A DNA stretch of 22,781 bases from positions 1 to 22,781 of the forward strand of contig CBDUZE010000060.1 in assembly GCA_965371625.1 (NCBI GenBank), written 5' to 3'. A program made the position numbers and the translations under genes. This document shows, in pieces, positions 8,769 to 18,577 of the stretch. The DNA is from an uncultured Alphaproteobacteria bacterium. GTDB taxonomy: Bacteria; Pseudomonadota; Alphaproteobacteria; CBDUZE01. Position 1 is the first letter of the stretch, and each line of letters starts with the position of its first letter. The notes beneath the pieces were generated by a model. It saw only the letters and a list, made by a program, of their open reading frames with translations. It did not search any database and was not told where the DNA came from.

Positions 8769-9293
8769 CTAATCCGAGCTGCCCGCCGACGACCTGGGCG
8801 GCGGCCGCCTGGGCTGCCAGCCCACCCGGAACGAGCGCACCACGTGGTGCAGCAGGTAGAACAGGATGGCCAGGATCACCAGCACGATGATGGCGAGCAG
8901 CTTGGCGCCGAACACCGGGCCGATGATGGCGCCGCGGTTGATGAGGTGCTCGCCCAGCATCGCCACCGCCTGCAGGGTGGCGCCGGCGGCGAAGATCACG
9001 GCGATCAGGATCGCCACCTGAAGGGTATCGAAGACCAGGCCCTCGGCGTCGAGCTCGCCCGAGCCGCGGAAGATGTTGCGGCGGAAGGACTGCCAATGGG
9101 CGATGGCGTAGCCGATCACGCCGACCAGCGAGGCGAACCAGAAGATCACGTTCGAGAAATGGACCCGGGGGATGCTCGCGCTGACGAAGCTCTCGAAGGG
9201 CTGGTAGAAGTAGAGAAAGATCAGCAGGATGACGACGCCCACCAGGACGATCCAGAATCGCGGTCGCTGCCAGCTTGCCGTGTCTTGCGCCAT
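8769..9293 (-). CDS. Small integral membrane protein (~174 aa, about 4 predicted TM helices); function unknown
   Basis: Hydrophobic stretches FWIVLVGVVILLIFLYF, VIFWFASLVGVIGYAIA, VAILIAVIFAAGATL and LLAIIVLVILAILFYLL. Start assigned to ATG 9293 (MAQDTASW...). The longer upstream ORF extension is Pro/Arg-rich and implausible. Confidence 0.55.
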   Translation of the reverse strand: MAQDTASWQRPRFWIVLVGVVILLIFLYFYQPFESFVSASIPRVHFSNVIFWFASLVGVIGYAIAHWQSFRRNIFRGSGELDAEGLVFDTLQVAILIAVIFAAGATLQAVAMLGEHLINRGAIIGPVFGAKLLAIIVLVILAILFYLLHHVVRSFRVGWQPRRPPPRSSAGSSD

Positions 9294-9442
9294 TGCCTGC
9301 CCGGCCCCTGCGTAATCCGAGGCCCCGGATCGTATACCAAGCCCCGGCAAAAGCAAAAGCGGACGGCGCGCCTGGTCCCCGGCGCCGCGCTCGGGCGCGC
9401 CTGGACCGGGCGTTCGGCGCTTGGCGCCGCGCCCGGAGCGAG

Positions 9443-9471
9443 TTGACCGGACCTTAGGTCTCGGGGATGAT
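9443..9471 (+). promoter_or_regulatory. Candidate sigma70-type promoter for hyuA (-35 TTGACC 9443..9448, 17-nt spacer, -10 GATGAT 9466..9471)
   Basis: Hexamer spacing read directly from the sequence. The -10 is weak. Confidence 0.25.
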
Positions 9472-9624
9472 GGGGCGGCCGGTGTGTGCGCCCGGGTCAC
9501 GGCATGACCCAGGCAGGCTGGCGATCGCATGATTTCTTACCCCGCGTCCGCCGTTGGCGGCGGCGCACCGGTGCCGCGCCCGAGCGCGGCCGGGCGCGGA
9601 AATGGGAGGCTTGAGCAAGGCACC

Positions 9625-11691
9625 ATGGGCGGCCGCCTGGGGATCGATGTCGGTGGCACCTTCACCGACCTGCTGCTGTTCGACGACGCCACCCGTCGTC
9701 TCCACCTGCTGAAGACGCCGTCGACGCCCGAGGACCAGTCGGTCGGCATCCTCGTCGGCATCGAGAAGCTCTTGGCCGAGAGCGGCATCGCGGCCTCGGA
9801 GATCGAGGCCATCCTCCATGGCACCACGGTCTCGACCAACATCGTGCTCGAGGAGAAGGGCGCCAAGGTCGGCCTCCTGGTGACCGAGAACTTCGAGCAG
9901 GTTCTCCACCTCGCGCGCTCGCAGACGCCGGGGCCGCTGGCGGGCTGGATCACCATGATCAAGCCCGACCCGCTGGCCGACCTCGAGCTGACGCGGGGCT
10001 TAGCCGAACGCGTCAACGCCCGCGGCGAGATCGTCACGCCGCTCGACGAGGGCCGCGCCCGGGCCGCGATCCAGGAGCTGGTGGCGGCGGGCGTCGAGTC
10101 GATCACCGTCTCGCTCCTCCACGCCTACGCCAACCCCGCCCACGAGCAGCGCGTCAAGGCCATCATCGAGGACTTGGGCGTCGAGCTGCCGGTCTCGCTG
10201 TCATCCGAGATCCTGCCCGAGTTCCGCGAGTACGAGCGCACGCTGGTTGCGGTGATGAACGCCTACATAGGCCCCAGCATGCGCCGTTACCTGAGCAACT
10301 TCGAGGACAAGCTGCGCGCCATCCAGTTCTCGCCCCACGTCAGCATCGTCCGCTCCGACGGCGGTCTGATGAGCGTCGAGCGGGCTTCCGCGTCGCCGGT
10401 CCACACTATGGTCTCGGGCCCCGCCGGCGGGGTCTCGGGCGCCGCCTTCGTGGCCGCGCTGGCCGGCCACACCGAGGCGCTGGGCTTCGACATGGGCGGC
10501 ACCTCGACCGACGTCTCGATGATCCGCGAGGGCAAGCCGACGATCTCGCGCCAGACCACGCTCGGCTACTACCCGGTCAAGGTGCCTTCCGTTGAGCTCC
10601 ACAGCGTCGGCGCCGGCGGCGGCTCGATCGCCCACGTGCCGATGACCGGGGCGCTGCGCGTCGGGCCCGAGAGCGCCGGCGCGGTGCCCGGGCCGGCGTG
10701 TTACGACCGCGGCGGCGACCGCCCCACGGTGACCGACGCCAACGTCGTCCTGGGCCGCCTGCCGCCCAGCCTGCTCGGCGGCGAGATGGCCTTGAACGTC
10801 AAGGCGGCGGAGGAGGCGGTGGCCAAGATCGGACGCGCCCTCGGCCTCGACACCTACCAGGCCGCGCAGGGCATCCTCGATATCGTGAATGAGAACATGT
10901 TCGGGGCCTTGCGCCTGGTGACGGTGCAGAAGGGCTTCGATCCCCGCGACTTCGCCCTCGTCGCCTTCGGCGGCGCCGGGCCCATGCACGCCAACGCCAT
11001 CGCCATGCTGGCGGGCTGCTATCCGGTGATCGTGCCGCCGACGCCGGGCGTGCTCTCGGCCCTCGGCTTTCTCCATTCCGACGTCAAGAACGAGTTCGCG
11101 CGCACCTTCATCCGCAACCTCGACAGCGTCCAGCCCGGCGAGGTGATCGAGATCCTGACGCGGCTGGGCAGCGAGGCCAAATCCTGGCTTGGCGAAGAGG
11201 GCATCGAGAGCGGGCGCCAGCAGCTCCACTACGAGGCCGACGTGCGTTACTTCCGCCAGGGCTACGAGTTCGCCCTCGAGGTCACGCCCGAGGCCTTGAG
11301 CAACGGCGGGATGGGCGACCTCGAGGACCGCTTCGGCGTCATCCACGAGCGCCTCTACGGCTTCAGGCTGGAGGCCCCGGTGGAGCTGGTGAACCTGCGC
11401 GCCGTCGGCATCGGTCAGGTGGTGAAGGTCGAGTTCCCCAAGTTCGAGCTCGACGGCGCGGATGCCTCGGGCGCGGTGGTCGAGCAGCACCGGGTCTACT
11501 TCGACGGCAACTTCGCTCCCGTCAACATTTACGACCGCGAGCGCCTCGCCGCGGGCAACCGGATCTTAGGTCCGGCGGTGATCACGCAGAAGGACTCGAC
11601 GACCGTGATCCATCCCGGCCACGTCGGCGACGTCGACCCCTACCTCAACATCCTGATCCACCCGGAGGGCACGCCCCCCGGGGCACGGTGA
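9625..11691 (+). CDS. hyuA: Hydantoinase/oxoprolinase A subunit (N-methylhydantoinase A / 5-oxoprolinase family)
   Basis: Begins MGGRLGIDVGGTFTDLLLFD (the Hydantoinase_A N-terminal signature), with homology across the whole ORF. ATG at 9625. Confidence 0.9.
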   Translation: MGGRLGIDVGGTFTDLLLFDDATRRLHLLKTPSTPEDQSVGILVGIEKLLAESGIAASEIEAILHGTTVSTNIVLEEKGAKVGLLVTENFEQVLHLARSQTPGPLAGWITMIKPDPLADLELTRGLAERVNARGEIVTPLDEGRARAAIQELVAAGVESITVSLLHAYANPAHEQRVKAIIEDLGVELPVSLSSEILPEFREYERTLVAVMNAYIGPSMRRYLSNFEDKLRAIQFSPHVSIVRSDGGLMSVERASASPVHTMVSGPAGGVSGAAFVAALAGHTEALGFDMGGTSTDVSMIREGKPTISRQTTLGYYPVKVPSVELHSVGAGGGSIAHVPMTGALRVGPESAGAVPGPACYDRGGDRPTVTDANVVLGRLPPSLLGGEMALNVKAAEEAVAKIGRALGLDTYQAAQGILDIVNENMFGALRLVTVQKGFDPRDFALVAFGGAGPMHANAIAMLAGCYPVIVPPTPGVLSALGFLHSDVKNEFARTFIRNLDSVQPGEVIEILTRLGSEAKSWLGEEGIESGRQQLHYEADVRYFRQGYEFALEVTPEALSNGGMGDLEDRFGVIHERLYGFRLEAPVELVNLRAVGIGQVVKVEFPKFELDGADASGAVVEQHRVYFDGNFAPVNIYDRERLAAGNRILGPAVITQKDSTTVIHPGHVGDVDPYLNILIHPEGTPPGAR

Positions 11692-11694
11692 ACC

Positions 11695-13992
11695 ATGTCC
11701 GAGCTCAACCCGCGCCGCAAATCGGCCTCCCTCGACGACCTCTTGAAGGCCAACAAGGCCCAGTTCGACAAGATCCTCAGGCGCCAGATGACCGAGATCG
11801 GCCTGCGCCGCGCCGATCGCCTGCCGGCCACGGCGGAAGACCTGGCCTCGGCCAGCCAGCGGGCCGAGGCCGAGGCGGGCGACCTCACGGCGCTGCTGAA
11901 CCAGCGCTTCGGCGGCGGCTGGTCGACCGAAGTGGTCGAGCACAAGGTCGAGCGCGGCCGCGTCACCGTGCTCTGCAGGCTCACGGCGAACGGCGCGTCG
12001 AACATGCAGTTCGGCTCGGCGCGCATCAACGGCGACGAGGGCGGGGCGCTGCAGCGCGCCACCGACGAGGCGCTGATGAAGTGCGCGGCGCTCTTCGGGC
12101 GCGGCGACGAGGCGCCCTCCGAAGCCTCCGAAACCGAAGCGCCACGGCCGCGGGCGGCGGCCGAGCCGGCCCCGGCCCCGGCGCCCCGCTCCCAGCCCGC
12201 GCCGGAGACCGCCCGGGGCCTCGACACCATCACCTTCGACCTGATCGAGAACGCGCTGCGCAACGCCCGCCACGAGATGGACGCGGTGCTGTTCCGCTCG
12301 GCGATGTCGCCGGTGATCCGCGAGCAGCACGACGAGTTCCCCATGATCACCGACGCCAAGGGCCGCATGATCGTCGGGCAGTTCGGCTCCTACGTGGCCG
12401 AGATGCTGCGCCACGAGAACTTCACCCTCCACCCCGGCGACGTCATCCTGCAGAGCGATCCCTACAAGTGCGGCGGGGCGATCAGCCACATCAACGACTG
12501 GATGGTGCTGGTGCCGATCTTCTTCGAGGACGAGGTGATCGGCTTCAGCTCGATGTTCGGCCACATGATGGACGTCGGCGGGCCGGTGCCGGGCAGCATG
12601 CCCACCGCCGCCACCTCGGTGTTCGGCGAGGGCCTCAAGATCCCGCCGATCAAGATCTACGAGCAGGGCGAGATCAACAAGTCGGCGGTCGACCTGATCA
12701 TGAACAACACCCGCACGCCGGAGATGAACTACTCGGACCTGATGGCCATCATCGCCGGCAGCCGGGCCGGCGAGAAGCGGGTGATCGAGATCTGCCAACG
12801 CTTCGGCAAGGAGGTCTACAAGCGGGCCTGCGAGGCGCTGCTGGAGCGCACCAACCGCGCCATGCGCCAGCTCATCGTGCAGAACCTGCCCGAGGAGCCG
12901 CAGTCGTTCGAGGACTACGTCGACGACGACGGCCTCGGCAACGGCCCCTTCAAGATGAAGCTCACGGTCTGGCGCGAGGGCGAGCACGCCTTCTTCGACT
13001 GGACCGGGACCGCGGCCCAGGCCCCGGGGCCGATCAACTTCTATCTCCACGAGGGCATGTTCAAGATGTTCATCGGGGTCTACATGATCATGGTCTTCGA
13101 CCCCCAGATCCTCTTCAACGACGGCTTCTACGACCTCATCCACGTCACCCTGCCCAAGGGCTCGCTGGTGCACCCGAACTTTCCGGCGCCGCTGGGCTGC
13201 CGCACCCACGCGTTGAGCCGCCAGTTCGACGTGCTCGGGGGGGCGCTGAGCAAGAACGCGCCCGAGATGGCCACCGCCGCGGGCTACGGGTCGAGCCCCC
13301 ACTTCCTTTACTCAGGGGTCGATCGCGAGGGGCGCTCGTTCCAGTTGATGGAGATCCTCTACGGCGGCATTCCCGGCCGCCCGGTCGGCGACGGCATGGA
13401 CGGTCACTCGTGGTGGCCGCTGTTCGAGAACATCCCCTGCGAGTACCTGGAAAGCTATTACCCGATGATGATCGAGAGCTACGCCACCATCGCCGACAGC
13501 GGCGGCGCCGGCCTGCACCGCGGCGGCAACGGCGTCGAGAAGATCTATCTGCTGCTCGAGGACGGCGAGATCTCGATCCACGACGACCGCCATCTCACCC
13601 AGCCCTGGGGCATCCTCGGCGGCAAGCCGGGGGCCTGCTCGGAGAAGTGGCTGGTGAAGAAGGAGGGCGCCCGCGAGGCGCTGCCCTCGAAGGTCGACAA
13701 CGTCAAGGTGCGGAACGGCGACCGCATCGTCTTCCGCACCGCCGGTGGCGGCGGCTGGGGCGACCCGATGGAGCGCGAGCCCATGAAGGTGCGCGACGAC
13801 GTGGCGCGCAAGCTGCTCTCGGCCGGGGCCGCCCGCGACGGCTACGGGGTCGTGCTCACGGGCGAGGGCGGCGAGGTCGACGCCCGCGCCACCCAGGACC
13901 TGCGCGAGAGCGTGACGCGCGGCCGCAAGCCCCTTCCGGTGTTCGATTTCGGCGCCCTGCCGGGGGTGGGCGCGGCGCAACCGGAGGGTTGA
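11695..13992 (+). CDS. hyuB: Hydantoinase/oxoprolinase B subunit carrying an in-frame ~175-aa N-terminal extension with a Rad52-like motif, a paralog of the 134..784 protein
   Basis: From about 12225 onward: ITFDLIENALRNARHEMDAVLFRSAMSPVIREQHDEFPMITDAKG ... DPYKCGGAISHINDW ... SMFGHMMDVGG (Hydantoinase_B). The N-terminal 175 aa (LNQRFGGGWSTEVVEH ... VLCRLTANG ... ALMKCAALFG) is unrelated to HyuB. ATG 11695 lies 4 nt after the hyuA stop. Confidence 0.85.
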   Translation: MSELNPRRKSASLDDLLKANKAQFDKILRRQMTEIGLRRADRLPATAEDLASASQRAEAEAGDLTALLNQRFGGGWSTEVVEHKVERGRVTVLCRLTANGASNMQFGSARINGDEGGALQRATDEALMKCAALFGRGDEAPSEASETEAPRPRAAAEPAPAPAPRSQPAPETARGLDTITFDLIENALRNARHEMDAVLFRSAMSPVIREQHDEFPMITDAKGRMIVGQFGSYVAEMLRHENFTLHPGDVILQSDPYKCGGAISHINDWMVLVPIFFEDEVIGFSSMFGHMMDVGGPVPGSMPTAATSVFGEGLKIPPIKIYEQGEINKSAVDLIMNNTRTPEMNYSDLMAIIAGSRAGEKRVIEICQRFGKEVYKRACEALLERTNRAMRQLIVQNLPEEPQSFEDYVDDDGLGNGPFKMKLTVWREGEHAFFDWTGTAAQAPGPINFYLHEGMFKMFIGVYMIMVFDPQILFNDGFYDLIHVTLPKGSLVHPNFPAPLGCRTHALSRQFDVLGGALSKNAPEMATAAGYGSSPHFLYSGVDREGRSFQLMEILYGGIPGRPVGDGMDGHSWWPLFENIPCEYLESYYPMMIESYATIADSGGAGLHRGGNGVEKIYLLLEDGEISIHDDRHLTQPWGILGGKPGACSEKWLVKKEGAREALPSKVDNVKVRNGDRIVFRTAGGGGWGDPMEREPMKVRDDVARKLLSAGAARDGYGVVLTGEGGEVDARATQDLRESVTRGRKPLPVFDFGALPGVGAAQPEG

Positions 13993-14077
13993 TCTCACCG
14001 GCGGACAAGCAAAGGGCCCGGCCGATCGAACTCGGACCGCGGCACCCAACGACCGCGAAGCAACGGGGACTCGGACA

Positions 14078-16633
14078 ATGTTGGAATTTGGCATAACGCT
14101 GCTGATCTCGGCGATCGTCGTCATCGCCATCGTCTACATCATCTCGATCTGGATCTACAAAAGGGCGCCCGCCAACATGGGCTTCATCCGCACCGGCTTC
14201 GGCGGCACCAAGGTGTGTCTGGGGCGGGGCGCCATCGTGCTGCCGGTCTTTCACGAGGTCTCCTGGATCTCGCTCGAGACCATCAAGCTGATCGTCAGCC
14301 GCTCGCGCGAGCAGGCCATCCTGACCTCGGACAACATCCGTGTCGACGTGGTGGCCGAGCTCTACGCCCACGTCGGCCACACCGAGGACGACCTGCTGAC
14401 CGCGAGCCGCAGCCTGGGCGAGAAGACCTTCGACGCCGACAAGGTGCGCAACTTGCTAGAGGCCAAGGTGGTGAGCACGCTGCGCTCCTACGCCGCGACC
14501 AAGACCTTGAATGAGCTCCACGAGAACCGGGACACCTTCGCCAAGGACATCAAGGCCAGCGTCGTCGAGAGCTTCCAAGCCAACGGCCTGGCCCTCGAGG
14601 AGGTCACGATCGTCACCCTCGAGCAGACCTCGAAGGAGCACTTCAACCGCGACAACGTGTTCGACGCCGAGGGCCTCAGGATCATCACCGAGATCACCTC
14701 GAAGGCGCGCCGCGAGGTCCACGACACCGAGAAGCGGACCATCGTGTCGTTGCGCCAGAAGGACCTGGATACCCAGCTCGAGCTGCTCGAGATCGAGCGC
14801 CAGGAAGCTTTCGCGCGGGCCGGCCAGGACAAGGACATCTCCAACGAGGAGGCGCTGCAGGTGGGGCGCAAGCAGATCTTCGTGCTCGATCAGCAGAAGG
14901 CGGTGGAGGAGAAGGAGATCGAGAACGAGCTCGAGTTGGAGCGCAGGCGCACCGAGCGCGAGATCTCGATCACCGAGGAGGGACAGCACCGCGAGGCCTC
15001 GGAGATCCGCAAGGCGCTCGCCTTGGAGCAGGAACGCCGCGACAAGGAGATCGCCATCATCGCCAAGGCCAAGGAGGAGGAGCTGGCCGAGATCGCCCGC
15101 GGCCTGGCCCGCGAGGGCGCCGAGAAGGAGCGCGACGTCGAGCTCGCGCACAAGGAGCGGGAACGCCAGCAAGCCGACATCGATCGCGTCACCGCGGTCG
15201 CGGGCCACGAGGAGACGGCCAAGGACAAGCGCCATCAGGCCGAGATCGAGAGCGACCTTTCGATGCGCAGGCGCAACCTCGAGAACCGGCTCGCGGTGCT
15301 CGATATCGAAAAGGAGGAAGCGCTGGCCACGGCCCGCCAAGAGCACGACGTCTCCAACGAAAAAGCCCGCGTGCTCAGCGAGAAGCAACGCTACATCCTG
15401 CAGCAGCGCTGGGAGGTCGAGCAGGAGGAGATCGACAAGGACCAGGCCTTCGAGAAGGCGCAGATCAACAAGGAGGCCTCGGTGATCGACGAGGGCAAGA
15501 CCCGCGAGGCGGCCGAGATTCGCCGCGCCCTCGCCCGCGAGCTCGAGGAGCGGGAGCGCGAGATCGCCCTCATCGCCAAGGAACAGGAGCGCGAGAAGGC
15601 CGATATCCGCCGCTTCCTGGCGCGCGAGACCGAGGAGCGCGACCGCGAGATCGCGCTCGCCGACAAGACCCGTCAGCTCGAGGAGGCGGAGGTCAAGCGC
15701 CTCAAGTCGAGCGCCGAGCGGGAGCAGGTCGAGCACGAGGTCGAATCCGTGCGCATCGTCGCCGACGCCCGGCGCGACAAGGACATCGACCGCATCGAGG
15801 CCGAGAAGCTCGCCGAGAGCCGGCGCATCGAAGAGGAGAACAAGGCCCAGATCAACCGCATGCACATGGTCACCCAGTCCGAGGCCCGCAAGCTCTCGGC
15901 CGAGCGCGAGGCCGATGCCACCCTGATCAGGGCCAAGGCCACCAGCGAGGCCCAGGAGATCACGGCCGTAGGCATCGAGCGCGAGGCCGGCGCCAAGGGC
16001 CGGGCCGAGATGGAGATCGAGGGCCTGCGCGTCGAGAACACCCAGCGCATGCTCGAGGCCGAGGCCACAGGCATCGAGGCCAAGGCGACGGCGCTCAAGA
16101 ATTACGACGAGGTCGCCACCTTCCTCGAGCTCGCCAAGCTCCACATCGAGGCCGAGCGCGACATCCACATCGACCAGGCCAAGGCCATGGGCAACGCGCT
16201 GCAGCACGCCCAGATCCGCATGTACGGCGGCGAGGGCGGCACCGTCGACACCATCCGCGGCATGTTCACCACCGGCTTCGGCCTCGGTGAGGTGCTCGAG
16301 GGCGTGGCCCACTCGCTGCCCGACGGCTTGCGCGAGCGCTTCGCCGAGAACGGCCTCAGGGGCATCTTCGGCCGCCCCTACCGCTCCAGCGCCTTCCACG
16401 ACTCGGTCGAGCTGCTGGACGGGCTGGTGCGCGAGGCGATGGGCAGCGCCAAGGAGCGCGACGTGCCCTTCGCCCAGGCGGTCGCCCTCATGGAGGAGAA
16501 GGCCGGCGACGACGAGGCCCGGGTCAAGGCGGTCGAGCTCTTGAAGGAGATCAACGAGCACGGCGTCTTCGACGACGTCGCCTTCGAGAAGGTGTGGGCG
16601 CTCCTGCAGGCCACCGCCAAGTCCTCCGGGTAA
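14078..16633 (+). CDS. yqiK: Flotillin/YqiK-family SPFH (band-7) membrane protein, 851 aa, with an internally duplicated coiled-coil region
   Basis: N-terminal TM helix, then GFIRTGFGGTKVCLGRGAIVLPVFHE ... TIKLIVSRS ... IRVDVV and TSKEHFNRDNVFDAEGL, nearly identical to motifs of E. coli YqiK. Two divergent tandem ~100-aa coiled-coil units (LEIERQEAFARAGQDKDISNEEAL ... and LDIEKEEALATARQEHDVSNEKAR ...). Confidence 0.9.
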   Translation: MLEFGITLLISAIVVIAIVYIISIWIYKRAPANMGFIRTGFGGTKVCLGRGAIVLPVFHEVSWISLETIKLIVSRSREQAILTSDNIRVDVVAELYAHVGHTEDDLLTASRSLGEKTFDADKVRNLLEAKVVSTLRSYAATKTLNELHENRDTFAKDIKASVVESFQANGLALEEVTIVTLEQTSKEHFNRDNVFDAEGLRIITEITSKARREVHDTEKRTIVSLRQKDLDTQLELLEIERQEAFARAGQDKDISNEEALQVGRKQIFVLDQQKAVEEKEIENELELERRRTEREISITEEGQHREASEIRKALALEQERRDKEIAIIAKAKEEELAEIARGLAREGAEKERDVELAHKERERQQADIDRVTAVAGHEETAKDKRHQAEIESDLSMRRRNLENRLAVLDIEKEEALATARQEHDVSNEKARVLSEKQRYILQQRWEVEQEEIDKDQAFEKAQINKEASVIDEGKTREAAEIRRALARELEEREREIALIAKEQEREKADIRRFLARETEERDREIALADKTRQLEEAEVKRLKSSAEREQVEHEVESVRIVADARRDKDIDRIEAEKLAESRRIEEENKAQINRMHMVTQSEARKLSAEREADATLIRAKATSEAQEITAVGIEREAGAKGRAEMEIEGLRVENTQRMLEAEATGIEAKATALKNYDEVATFLELAKLHIEAERDIHIDQAKAMGNALQHAQIRMYGGEGGTVDTIRGMFTTGFGLGEVLEGVAHSLPDGLRERFAENGLRGIFGRPYRSSAFHDSVELLDGLVREAMGSAKERDVPFAQAVALMEEKAGDDEARVKAVELLKEINEHGVFDDVAFEKVWALLQATAKSSG

Positions 16634-16650
16634 GCGCGGCGGGAGGCGCC

Positions 16651-17733
<1,083 letters not shown>

Positions 17734-17748
17734 GGGCGCGCACCCGCC

Positions 17749-18576
17749 CTATCGCGAGCGCCGGGCGGCGAAGGTGTAGATCGCCAGGAAGAGCCCGATC
17801 ATGGTGATCGAAAAGAGCGTCGAGGCGGTGCCCAATGCAAACAGCGTCGGGCGGATGCGCTGGGTCATCGAGGCGTTGATGTCGAGCGGCAGCGTGTTGT
17901 ACTCGCCGGAGAGCAGGGTGGTGCGCGCGAACTCGTCGTACGAGAGGGTGAAGCCGAACAGGCCGGCGGCCACGATCCCCGGCGTGATCAGGGGAAACGT
18001 CACCTCCTTGAACACGGTCCACTCGTCGGCCCCCATGTCGCGCGCCGCCTCCTCGAGGCTCGAATCGAAGCGGTTGAAGACCGCCAGCATGATCAGAAAG
18101 CCGAAGGGCAGCGTCCACACCACGTGCACGCCGAGGGCGGAGGAATACCAGGCCGGCGGAATCCCGACCTGCTTCAGAAGCGTCGCCAGCCCCAGGCTGA
18201 GCAGGATGCCGGGCACCATGAGGCCGGCCATGATGGTGTAGAAGAGCGCGCCCGAGCCCACGAAGCGCTTGCGAAAGGCCATCGCCAGCATGGTCGAGAA
18301 CAGCGCCGTGATCACCATCACCACCAGCGCCAGGATCAACGAGCGCAGGAGCGCGCCCTGCAGGTCGCCCACCGTCGAGGGCTCGATCAGCTTGCCCCAC
18401 CAGTGCAGGCTGACGCCGCGCATGGGAAAGCTCGTGCCCCCCCTGCGGCCCTGAAAGGAGAGGATGAACATGGCGATCATGGGCCCGTAGATGAACACCA
18501 GGAAGAGTGCGTAGTAGACGCTGAAGCCGCCCTTGACCCAGGCCTTCTTGCGCCGTTCCGGGGTCCAGCGCGCCAT
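17749..18576 (-). CDS. ABC transporter permease (PotC-like)
   Basis: Six hydrophobic segments and the EAA loop LEEAARDMGADEWTVF. The start ATG sits 1 nt after the stop of the upstream permease. Confidence 0.85.
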   Translation of the reverse strand: MARWTPERRKKAWVKGGFSVYYALFLVFIYGPMIAMFILSFQGRRGGTSFPMRGVSLHWWGKLIEPSTVGDLQGALLRSLILALVVMVITALFSTMLAMAFRKRFVGSGALFYTIMAGLMVPGILLSLGLATLLKQVGIPPAWYSSALGVHVVWTLPFGFLIMLAVFNRFDSSLEEAARDMGADEWTVFKEVTFPLITPGIVAAGLFGFTLSYDEFARTTLLSGEYNTLPLDINASMTQRIRPTLFALGTASTLFSITMIGLFLAIYTFAARRSR

Positions 18577-18577
18577 C

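Noticed and set aside
10201-11490. 429 aa minus-strand ORF inside hyuA
   Set aside because: Antisense artefact; hyuA homology is unambiguous on the plus strand.
11566-14096. 578 aa minus ORF and 802 aa plus ORF (11688..14096) overlapping hyuB
   Set aside because: Alternate-frame and antisense artefacts. The 11695 frame carries the Hydantoinase_B motifs.
14456-16561. 701 aa minus ORF and several 100-320 aa ORFs across the flotillin gene
   Set aside because: Antisense or shifted frames of a gene with strong YqiK homology. The repetitive Leu/Ala/Gly content comes from the GC-rich coiled-coil codons.
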